Shown here piece after piece: positions 47,324-55,276 of a stretch of DNA of 64,000 bases. Below the pieces are notes generated by a model. That model saw nothing but the letters and a program-made list of their open reading frames with translations, was not told the DNA's origin and ran no database searches. The translations under genes and the position numbers were made by a program. How positions within the stretch are numbered: the stretch's first letter is position 1; every line of letters starts with the position of its first letter. The stretch covers positions 1 to 64,000 of IMG/VR virus record IMGVR_UViG_3300017902_000306; one strand, written 5' to 3'. The DNA is from a virus (taxonomy: Duplodnaviria; Caudoviricetes).

Positions 47324-47863
47324 ATGAACGCATTTGGACTTGACCGCAACTACACCGTAGCTGCAATGTTACACAACGACAAACACGTTGTGAAAATGAA
47401 CATCGAATACTGTCAACTTATGTCTACTGCTCATCGTGTTCTTGATGGTGAAGAATACTATGACAAGACTAAGAACAATCGCCGTATCAAACGATGGCGG
47501 TTGGATGATGTTCATATGGAGAACACACTCTACAAAGCATCTCATATCAATCACCCGACAAACATCTGGGTGCGATCCACTGTGGGTAATTACCTATGGA
47601 TGTATGGTCTGTGGGAATCTCTCGCTGAGGAATACACACACCGATACGGCAAGGTTCATGCCTCGTGGGAAAAATTGCACAATGAATTGGCGATGCCACC
47701 AAAAAACATTCCTGATGGCCCTTTTCAAGAAATACCACAGGCAATGCCAGATGATGTCAAACGTGATGACTTTGTTGAGGCGTATCAAGAATACTATCGC
47801 AAATACAAAGCACACTTCTCTAAGTGGACTAACAGACCCACACCAGAATTTATGTTCGTATGA
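47324..47863 (+). CDS. pyrimidine-dimer DNA glycosylase family protein (DenV-like)
   Basis: AMLHNDKHVVKM.IEYCQLMSTAH, YKASHINHP, PQAMPD, AYQEYY..YKAHF.KW. Confidence 0.8.
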   Translation: MNAFGLDRNYTVAAMLHNDKHVVKMNIEYCQLMSTAHRVLDGEEYYDKTKNNRRIKRWRLDDVHMENTLYKASHINHPTNIWVRSTVGNYLWMYGLWESLAEEYTHRYGKVHASWEKLHNELAMPPKNIPDGPFQEIPQAMPDDVKRDDFVEAYQEYYRKYKAHFSKWTNRPTPEFMFV

Positions 47864-48972
47864 TTTTAACAAAAGAAGATTCATACTACGCTAGCAAAAT
47901 GGTTGTCGAATACTTCTCAAAGTTTGAGAGGATTGATGATTATTTTCGTGCGAGAAAGATTGAGAGGGTAAAACAATTACCACCCCCTCTACTTGGCATG
48001 AGCGTAGAAGATGATATGTTTCAAGATTGGGAAACGCCACCAGAAGACTTAGACTTTGAAGTTGTTCAGATGAACAATGAAATCTTTGATCAGATGTTGG
48101 AAATGACAGCTTCGTTTTCCCCCGATGAGGCGCCAGGAAAATCTCTCAAACTTATTGTGAAAGAGACCAACTCTAACAAAGCAGTTGGGTTTATCAAGAT
48201 GGGTTCCCCCCTCATCAACTCTAAACCCAGAAATGAGTATCTTGGTGGCGTTCCCGATCTTGGCATTTTTAATCAACGTGCAATCATGGGATTCAACATT
48301 GTTCCCGTCCAACCATTCGGTTTCAATTATCTTGGGGGTAAACTGATGGCTGCGATTTGTTGTTCGCATGATGTTCGCAGAATGTTGAACAAGAAGTATG
48401 ACACGGAGTTTTGTTTGTTTGAAACAACATCTCTCTATGGCAACATTAAGGGCGCATCTATGTATGATGGTATGCGCCCGTTTCTTAGATACAAGGGTGA
48501 TACCATGTCATCCTTTTTATTGACTATGGGTGAGGATATATACTTTCATTTGAGAGATTGGTTTGAAGAAAGAAACAATGACGAACCTCTCATTCACAAA
48601 GGCGCATCAAGTAGAAAACTAAAGTATCAGACAAAGATGATACAAATAATCAAGGCGTCACTCAAGGAGCACGATGAGAAGGGATATAATATGTTTTGTG
48701 ATGTCATTAGTAAGTCTACTGATGTCACCACAAATAAAAGATTTTATATGTCTGAGTATGGATACACAAATACCAAGGATGTTTTACTTGGCAAAACGGA
48801 CAAACTGGAGAAGGCAGAGAATTTTGATAGATTTGAACTACCTGAGATTATCAAGTGGTGGAAAAAACTAGCAACCAAACGCCACAACAACCTCATGTCG
48901 GATGGTAGAATCCGCAAAGAGTTAGAAGTGTGGAATCACGATACAATTGATAAGATAGATATTATAAGATGA
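47860..48972 (+). CDS. DUF4338/DruA-like (Mom/GNAT-related) protein
   Basis: VGFIKMGSP, IVPVQPFGFNYLGGKLMAAIC, FETTSLYG, YDG. Confidence 0.6.
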   Translation: MILTKEDSYYASKMVVEYFSKFERIDDYFRARKIERVKQLPPPLLGMSVEDDMFQDWETPPEDLDFEVVQMNNEIFDQMLEMTASFSPDEAPGKSLKLIVKETNSNKAVGFIKMGSPLINSKPRNEYLGGVPDLGIFNQRAIMGFNIVPVQPFGFNYLGGKLMAAICCSHDVRRMLNKKYDTEFCLFETTSLYGNIKGASMYDGMRPFLRYKGDTMSSFLLTMGEDIYFHLRDWFEERNNDEPLIHKGASSRKLKYQTKMIQIIKASLKEHDEKGYNMFCDVISKSTDVTTNKRFYMSEYGYTNTKDVLLGKTDKLEKAENFDRFELPEIIKWWKKLATKRHNNLMSDGRIRKELEVWNHDTIDKIDIIR

Positions 48973-49388
48973 AGATTGGATTTACTTGCGGTTCATTTGA
49001 TTTGTTACACGCTGGCCATGTGGTCATGTTTGAAGAAGCAAAAGAAAATTGTGACTTCTTGATAGTGGGACTACAGACAGACCCCACCTTAGACAGATCA
49101 GATAAAAACAAACCCATACAAAGTATCTACGAAAGATACATTCAGTTGTATGGATTGAAGTGGATTGATGAAGTCATACCATATGATAGAGAAACTTGTC
49201 TCATGGATATCTTGAACACCAAAAAAATTGATGTCAGATTTGTTGGTGAAGAATACAAAGACAAACAGTTTACGGGGTCACACTTGCCCATAGAAATTTA
49301 CTACACCAGCAGACAACACACCTTTTCCTCTACCGAACTGAGAGATAGAGTAACTAGGGGTGAGATAAAAGAAAAGATTAAAAGATGA
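48969..49388 (+). CDS. cytidylyltransferase (TagD-like, HxGH)
   Basis: GFTCGSFDLLHAGH, LIVGLQTD, R.H.FSSTELR. Confidence 0.9.
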   Translation: MKIGFTCGSFDLLHAGHVVMFEEAKENCDFLIVGLQTDPTLDRSDKNKPIQSIYERYIQLYGLKWIDEVIPYDRETCLMDILNTKKIDVRFVGEEYKDKQFTGSHLPIEIYYTSRQHTFSSTELRDRVTRGEIKEKIKR

Positions 49389-50380
49389 AGATTACATGTG
49401 CTAGATTGCGATCAAACGTAAGATATAATGGCCCACTGGAAACCGTATTGGATAGTTTCTTAGAAAACTATAGATTGTGGATGCGTAACAATCCACAACA
49501 CCAGTATGAGACATACAACATATCCTTCAATCAGTATCGTCCACAGAGAACACCAGAGACAATAGAGTGGGCAGATGCGATTGTGATACCAAGTGACAGT
49601 GAGTTTCGGTATCATGGTGAGTTGCAGATGAACCCAAAAGATTTGGCAAAGTCTCAATCACACATGGAAAAAATTATTCCCTTCTTCAAGGACAAACATG
49701 TAATTGTCCTGAGATCAGACAGGGGTGACAGTGAAGAACTCTACAGGGAACACACTCTACAGAACATACCAATCAAGTCCTACACCGAGATTGATGAGAT
49801 TGATTTCTCTGGTAACATCCACGGTATGAAGTATCATTTCATTCGTGACAAGTTTGACAATGCCATATCTGAGATGTTTGGTAGGTCATACAATCACGAC
49901 TTTGGATATTGGGGTAGGATGAAAGATGGGTGTGATCGTGGTAAAGTGTTGAGAAAGATTTACAGAGACCCAGACATCTCTACCATTCTGATTGGCGGGT
50001 TTCCCTCTGGTATGCAAAGACAATCTGCGTGGATCAAAGATTGGAATCAGTTGTATCCAAAATTGTCTCCGTGTCGATCCACACTTTGTTTCAACTGGAA
50101 AGACCCCAAGGCCACTACTTCAAGATATGTAGAGGCACTTGCGATTGGTATGATTCCGTTTGTTTATCAGAACTATGATGAGAACAATACATATAACATT
50201 GATGATTGGCAAAGAGTGCAGGACTTTGATGAATTCAGAGAGAAGGTTGGAGTGCTGAAAACCCCGTCAGTCATGGCAGATAAACTTTCTGAATACAGGA
50301 AGAATTACGAAAAGGTTTTATTATCCAAAGAAGGATACTATGAAATCTTTGCTCACAAAATGAATAAGGTTTTTGCATGA
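49385..50380 (+). CDS. GT-B fold glycosyltransferase (beta-glucosyltransferase-like)
   Basis: WADAIVIPSDSE, FGYWGR, TLCFNW, TTSRYVEALAIGMIPFV (GT-B C-terminal signature); located just upstream of gp47, like T4 a-gt. Confidence 0.6.
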   Translation: MKITCARLRSNVRYNGPLETVLDSFLENYRLWMRNNPQHQYETYNISFNQYRPQRTPETIEWADAIVIPSDSEFRYHGELQMNPKDLAKSQSHMEKIIPFFKDKHVIVLRSDRGDSEELYREHTLQNIPIKSYTEIDEIDFSGNIHGMKYHFIRDKFDNAISEMFGRSYNHDFGYWGRMKDGCDRGKVLRKIYRDPDISTILIGGFPSGMQRQSAWIKDWNQLYPKLSPCRSTLCFNWKDPKATTSRYVEALAIGMIPFVYQNYDENNTYNIDDWQRVQDFDEFREKVGVLKTPSVMADKLSEYRKNYEKVLLSKEGYYEIFAHKMNKVFA

Positions 50381-51426
50381 AGGTTGCTTTAGTTACTGAC
50401 ACTCACTTTGGTGCGAGGTCAGACAGTCTTGCTTTTGACGCTTACTTCAAGAGGTTCTATGATGACTTCTTTTTCCCATCTCTACAAGCGCAAGGGATAA
50501 ATACTATTGTTCATTTGGGTGATGTATTCGATAGAAGAAAGTTCATCAACTACAACACACTGAAGTCTTGTAAAGAATACTTTTTCGGACAAGCACATCG
50601 TCTGGGTATGACCATGCACATGATCCCAGGCAATCACGATACTTATTTTAAAAATACTAACGATGTAAACTCTCTGGAATTGTTGTTGCAAGAATACGAC
50701 AACATAAAAATTTACCCAGAAGTTTCGGAGCTGGAATTAGATGGAAGAAAAATACTATTTGTTCCGTGGATATGTAGCGATAATTATCATGGCACTATGG
50801 AGAAAGTTAAGGTCACTGATGCCAAAGTTTGTTTTGGACATTTTGAGTTTACTGGTTTCCAAATGTATAAAGGTGTGCCGAATGATCATGGAATGGATCA
50901 CGATCCCTTTAGGCATTTTGATTTGGTTTGTAGTGGGCATTTCCATCACCGCAGTTCTAGGGACAACGTTACTTATCTTGGTAACCCTTATGAAATTACT
51001 TGGTCTGATTTCCAAGATGATAGAGGATTCAATATCTATGATACGGAAACGAATCAGTTAGACTTCCACAAAAATCCATTCCGCATGTTCCACAAGTTGT
51101 TTTACAACGATGTTGATGGTCAGAGTAAGTTTGATTTGGCTGAGGTTGTTGGTGCTTGTGTCAAACTGATTGTTGTCAAGAAAGAAAACTTTATGAAGTT
51201 TGACAAACTGGTGGATTCCCTGTATACTTGTAACTGTGTAGAACTAAAAATAATTGAAGACTTCTCGGAGTTTGAAGATGAGGCAGTCGGTGAAGTAGAG
51301 TTGCAAGTGGATGACACTATGACTCTGTTGCGAGAATATATAAACAACACGGTTACTGACTTAGATAAAGATAGATTGACATCTGTTATGCAGACGTTGT
51401 ATGTTGAGGCACAACACGAATTATGA
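50377..51426 (+). CDS. gp47: recombination endonuclease subunit (Mre11/SbcD-like)
   Basis: TDTHFG, HLGDVFDRRK, PGNHD, FGHFE, SGHFH, YLGNPYE. Confidence 0.97.
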   Translation: MKVALVTDTHFGARSDSLAFDAYFKRFYDDFFFPSLQAQGINTIVHLGDVFDRRKFINYNTLKSCKEYFFGQAHRLGMTMHMIPGNHDTYFKNTNDVNSLELLLQEYDNIKIYPEVSELELDGRKILFVPWICSDNYHGTMEKVKVTDAKVCFGHFEFTGFQMYKGVPNDHGMDHDPFRHFDLVCSGHFHHRSSRDNVTYLGNPYEITWSDFQDDRGFNIYDTETNQLDFHKNPFRMFHKLFYNDVDGQSKFDLAEVVGACVKLIVVKKENFMKFDKLVDSLYTCNCVELKIIEDFSEFEDEAVGEVELQVDDTMTLLREYINNTVTDLDKDRLTSVMQTLYVEAQHEL

Positions 51427-53093
51427 TAATGTTTCAAAAACTGCGGTGGAAGAATTTTCTATCCACCGGCAACTCTTTTACAGAGATAGATTTTATGAGA
51501 AACCCCACGACATTGATCGTGGGGGAAAACGGCAGTGGTAAGTCTACTTGTCTTGATGCGCTGTGTTTCGGATTGTTCAATAAACCATTTCGTAGTATCA
51601 ATAAACCACAACTAGTAAACTCAATCAACGGCAAACGACTGATGGTTGAGATTGAATTTTCTGTGGGTAAAAAACACTACAAGGTTGTGCGTGGTATGAA
51701 ACCACATGTGTTTGAAATCTACTGCAATGATCAGTTCATTGATCAGGATGCTGCTGCTCGTGACACACAGAAGTATCTGGAAGACAGTATCTTGAAACTA
51801 AACTACAAGTCATTCACTCAGATCGTGATATTGGGTTCTGCTTCTTTTACTCCCTTCATGCAGTTGCCTACTACGCACAGACGAGAGATCATTGAGGACT
51901 TATTGGATATCCAAATCTTCACGAACATGAATCTTCTTTTGAAGGAGAAGATCGGTGTGTTGAAGGATGAGATAAGTTCTATTGAAGGTGCCATTGAAGT
52001 GGCAAAACAAAAGACAAAAGTTCAAAAAGAATATATAGATACGTTGGAAAGTGATAAAGCCACCCGACTCAACAACTTGGAGGAACAAATCAATGCGCTC
52101 GAGCAGGAAATTGCAACAAACCAAGAGGAGACAAATACAAGGGAGGCGGAGAAACTGGCTCTTGGCAACCCAAAAGAGGAACAAAGAAACCTTGAGGGAC
52201 ACCGAAAACAATTCCAATCAGATATTGCTCAAGCCCAAAGAGAGTTAGATTTTTATGAAAATAACGAGGACTGTCCAACCTGTAAGCAGGGCATACCACA
52301 CGAACACAAAAGACAGGCGCAAGAATCCAAATCCAGAGAGATTCAAGACCTTACTAAAGCAACGAAAGGCCTTGACAAAAGATACGAAGAAGTAGTAGGG
52401 ACACTAGAAAAGTTTGTTGATCTGTCTAATCAGATATCAGAGTTGCAAACTGAGATGTTGTCTCAAGAAAGATATAAGAATACTTTACAGAATGATCTCA
52501 ACTCTCTAAAAGATAACAGGGCAAACATAGATGAGGAGTCAAAGAAACTCAAGTCTATGGCAAAAGATGTTCTTGATCAGAATGCCAACAAGTCTGCAAA
52601 GAATGAAGAACAACACTACAACATTGCTGCATCGCATTTGTTGAAAGACACTGGTATCAAGACAAGAATCATCAAACAGTATTTGCCTGCCATCAATACG
52701 TTGGTCAATAAATACTTGCAGTCAATGGACTTCTTTGTTCACTTTGAGTTGGATGAGAAGTTCAATGAAACAATCAAGTCTCGACACAGAGACAGATTTA
52801 GTTACGCCTCATTCAGTGAGGGTGAGAAACAACGCATCGACTTGGCATTGTTGTTCACATGGAGAACGATTGCCAAGATGAAGAACAGTGCAAGCACAAA
52901 CCTCTTGATACTTGATGAGGTGTTTGATAGTTCACTTGATAACAATGGAACTGACTATGTGATGCAGTTGTTGAATACTATCGGAGATCAAACAAATGTC
53001 TTTGTGATTAGTCACAAGGGTGATCAGTTGTTTGATAAGTTTAGAAGTCAGATTAAGTTTGAAAAGAAACAGAATTATTCGGTGATGACATGA
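51423..53093 (+). CDS. gp46: recombination endonuclease subunit (Rad50/SbcC-like)
   Basis: WKNFLSTGN, GENGSGKST, CPTC zinc hook, FSEGEKQRID, LILDEVFD, ISH. Confidence 0.98.
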   Translation: MIMFQKLRWKNFLSTGNSFTEIDFMRNPTTLIVGENGSGKSTCLDALCFGLFNKPFRSINKPQLVNSINGKRLMVEIEFSVGKKHYKVVRGMKPHVFEIYCNDQFIDQDAAARDTQKYLEDSILKLNYKSFTQIVILGSASFTPFMQLPTTHRREIIEDLLDIQIFTNMNLLLKEKIGVLKDEISSIEGAIEVAKQKTKVQKEYIDTLESDKATRLNNLEEQINALEQEIATNQEETNTREAEKLALGNPKEEQRNLEGHRKQFQSDIAQAQRELDFYENNEDCPTCKQGIPHEHKRQAQESKSREIQDLTKATKGLDKRYEEVVGTLEKFVDLSNQISELQTEMLSQERYKNTLQNDLNSLKDNRANIDEESKKLKSMAKDVLDQNANKSAKNEEQHYNIAASHLLKDTGIKTRIIKQYLPAINTLVNKYLQSMDFFVHFELDEKFNETIKSRHRDRFSYASFSEGEKQRIDLALLFTWRTIAKMKNSASTNLLILDEVFDSSLDNNGTDYVMQLLNTIGDQTNVFVISHKGDQLFDKFRSQIKFEKKQNYSVMT

Positions 53094-53602
53094 TGGAATT
53101 ACTACCACTGAACCACCCTATGTTGAAGGTTCCACCTACTGAGTTTACTGCGTGGGACGAGGCAGAGGATATTGGTGAGATGATATTTACAAGACAACAG
53201 GCAATTGGTGGAGTAGGACTCTCTGCCAATCAAGTCGGATTGAACTATAGAATGTTCACGATGGGTATAAAGAAAGACAAGTGGATCATGTTCAATCCAG
53301 AACTGGTGTCTGTTAGTGAAGAACAAGTGAAGATGGAAGAAGGATGTCTCAGCGCCCCAGGCATTATGTTGAAAGTGTGGCGTCCTGAGAAATGCACCAT
53401 CTCATATCAGAACGCAGATCAAGAAATTGTCATGGAAGAATTTGATGGTCTGTGGGCTAGAGTTGCCTTGCATGAGTATGATCATATGTTGGGGCAAAAC
53501 TTCTTGATGCGAGTCAGCAAACTACAGTTGGACAGGGCAATCAAGAAGGTGAAAAAACAACAAAGAAAAATTAAAAAAATAAAAGAGGAGCAAGTTGTAT
53601 AA
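53090..53602 (+). CDS. def: peptide deformylase
   Basis: GGVGLSANQ, EGCLS, HEYDH. Confidence 0.95.
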   Translation: MMELLPLNHPMLKVPPTEFTAWDEAEDIGEMIFTRQQAIGGVGLSANQVGLNYRMFTMGIKKDKWIMFNPELVSVSEEQVKMEEGCLSAPGIMLKVWRPEKCTISYQNADQEIVMEEFDGLWARVALHEYDHMLGQNFLMRVSKLQLDRAIKKVKKQQRKIKKIKEEQVV

Positions 53603-53768
53603 ATATATAGCGAAGGCTTGGCTGGTGTGGAAATTTGCAGTTGGGTCTTTCTCGGACGAAAAAACAAAAGACTACGATGATATTGTAGCTATCGTTAGAA
53701 CAATGATTGTATTGGTCAATTTTGTCACATGCTTTTTTATAATGGCCAATGCAATAAGGCACTGGTAA
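53595..53768 (+). CDS. 57-aa small membrane protein (not in ORF track)
   Basis: TTG start after GAGGAG; MYKYIAKAWLVWKFAVGSFSDEKTKDYDDIVAIVRTMIVLVNFVTCFFIMANAIRHW. The W..A.GSFSD.KT..YD...IRHW pattern recurs in marine myophages. A TATAAATA overlaps its start (53598-53605). Confidence 0.7.
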   Translation: MYKYIAKAWLVWKFAVGSFSDEKTKDYDDIVAIVRTMIVLVNFVTCFFIMANAIRHW

Positions 53769-53772
53769 AAAA

Positions 53773-54159
53773 ATGGCATACTCAGATAAAGTTATAGATC
53801 ACTACGAGAACCCCAGAAATGTCGGCAAATGGGAGCCTGGCACTGAGGGGGTTGGAACTGGAATGGTTGGCGCACCCGCTTGTGGTGATGTCATGCGATT
53901 GCAGATCAAGGTAGAAGACGATAGAATTATTGATGCAAAATTTAAAACCTATGGTTGCGGTTCTGCAATTGCATCATCCTCACTTCTTACCGAATGGGTA
54001 AAAGACAAAACTCTGGATCAAGCTTCAGAGATAAAGAATACAGAACTTGCCGAAGAACTGGCACTCCCGCCCGTGAAAATTCACTGTAGTGTTTTGGCGG
54101 AAGACGCCATAAAAGCCGCAATCAAAGATTACAAGGAAAGATATGCTGGAGATAACTGA
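53773..54159 (+). CDS. iscU: Fe-S cluster scaffold IscU
   Basis: MAYSDKVIDHYENPRNVG, GAPACGDVMRLQIKV, FKTYGCGSAIASSS, LPPVKIHCSVLAEDAIKAA. Confidence 0.97.
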   Translation: MAYSDKVIDHYENPRNVGKWEPGTEGVGTGMVGAPACGDVMRLQIKVEDDRIIDAKFKTYGCGSAIASSSLLTEWVKDKTLDQASEIKNTELAEELALPPVKIHCSVLAEDAIKAAIKDYKERYAGDN

Positions 54160-54469
54160 TACAGCTAAGTCATATTGGAGTAATCTACTTGCCCAAAAGC
54201 CTGGCGCTAAGTATGTTCGACTGTCCATCAAGGGTGGTGGATGTGCTGGATTCTCATATGAATGGCAATACACCGACAACGATGACAGAGGCACACTAGT
54301 TGATGATATCGTAGTGGTGGATGATGTTGCCAGCACCGCAGTTATCGGTAGCACAGTTGATTTTGTAGAGAACTTGGGTGGTTCTCACATAGAACTTACC
54401 AACCCAAATGAAGCAAGTGCTTGTGGGTGCGGAGAGAGTATACAATTCGTAGATGCTGTTATTGGATAA
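54143..54469 (+). CDS. A-type Fe-S carrier (IscA/HesB/ErpA family)
   Basis: GGGCAGFSY, GS.VDF, NPN...ACGCGES. Confidence 0.93.
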   Translation: MLEITDTAKSYWSNLLAQKPGAKYVRLSIKGGGCAGFSYEWQYTDNDDRGTLVDDIVVVDDVASTAVIGSTVDFVENLGGSHIELTNPNEASACGCGESIQFVDAVIG

Positions 54470-54477
54470 GGAGAGAA

Positions 54478-54627
54478 ATGACAGAAAAAGAGCTAGAGAG
54501 TTGGGTAATAAATAATCCTATCTTGGCCAATGCAGTGTTCCCAACATGCGTAGTTTTGGGGGCATTGACCTTAATGACGGGGATGATATTTTTTATTGAT
54601 TGGATGTTGTATATACATTCATTCTAG
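54478..54627 (+). CDS. small membrane protein
   Basis: ATG 54478 after GGAGAG; 49 aa with one hydrophobic segment. Confidence 0.6.
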   Translation: MTEKELESWVINNPILANAVFPTCVVLGALTLMTGMIFFIDWMLYIHSF

Positions 54628-54636
54628 GAGAAAGAC

Positions 54637-55005
54637 ATGTCAGATGATTTCGATTTTGGTTTTACTGCGGTAGATGATATACCTACCACTGCCAGTGAAC
54701 CATCTCAGCCCGTAAGGGCAGAATTACCAGATGATGCGCTAGATGCCATCATGGATAAATTGGAACAATTAGAATCAAGAATTCTGTCTGCTGATAACAG
54801 TGACATGATCAATGAACATCGCTCTCTGTTGGAGTCAGATATCGCACAGAAACTTCAGGCGGTTGAAGGATTGATTCTACCACTATTACACAATCTGAAA
54901 AAGAATCCAGAGAAGGACTATATTCACTGGCCAAATAGGAACGTGATTATAGATAAACAAATAGAGAAAATACAGGCGGTGACAAGATACTATGAAAGAA
55001 TCTAA
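54637..55005 (+). CDS. hypothetical protein
   Basis: MSDDFDFGFTAVD, ILPLLHNLKKNPEKDYIHWPNR; AGGAG RBS. Confidence 0.75.
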   Translation: MSDDFDFGFTAVDDIPTTASEPSQPVRAELPDDALDAIMDKLEQLESRILSADNSDMINEHRSLLESDIAQKLQAVEGLILPLLHNLKKNPEKDYIHWPNRNVIIDKQIEKIQAVTRYYERI

Positions 55006-55162
55006 CAAAACAGAACAAGATTTACTCATTGAGGTTCAAGGGGATCAACTGAGATTTGAAGAAAAAAGACTCCAGCAACAGCAGGAAAAAATCAAAAAAC
55101 AGGCCGAATTGATCGCTGAACAGACCAAAATGAGTCAAATTTTGTCAAAAGAAACCATATAA
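54992..55162 (+). CDS. 56-aa coiled-coil peptide (not in ORF track)
   Basis: MKESNKTEQDLLIEVQGDQLRFEEKRLQQQQEKIKKQAELIAEQTKMSQILSKETI; overlaps the upstream stop. Confidence 0.55.
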   Translation: MKESNKTEQDLLIEVQGDQLRFEEKRLQQQQEKIKKQAELIAEQTKMSQILSKETI

Positions 55163-55167
55163 ATTTA

Positions 55168-55248
55168 TAAGCCCTTGATTTAAAAGGGAAACTATTTTCA
55201 CTTTTTTCGCTCGAGCCCCTTGACATCTGCTTCGATAGCTGTCATAAT
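55168..55248 (+). promoter_or_regulatory. early sigma70 promoter with upstream IHF-consensus site (copy 1)
   Basis: TAAGCCCTTGATT (55168-80; reverse strand AATCAAGGGCTTA fits WATCAANNNNTTR); TTGACA(55220-25)-17 nt-CATAAT(55243-48). Confidence 0.75.
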
Positions 55249-55276
55249 ATGTATATATTGAGATGAGAGATAGTTA

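Noticed and set aside
47860-48972. Druantia anti-phage system
   Set aside because: Only a DruA/DUF4338-like gene is present, without the DruE helicase or other partners; the context fits DNA modification better.
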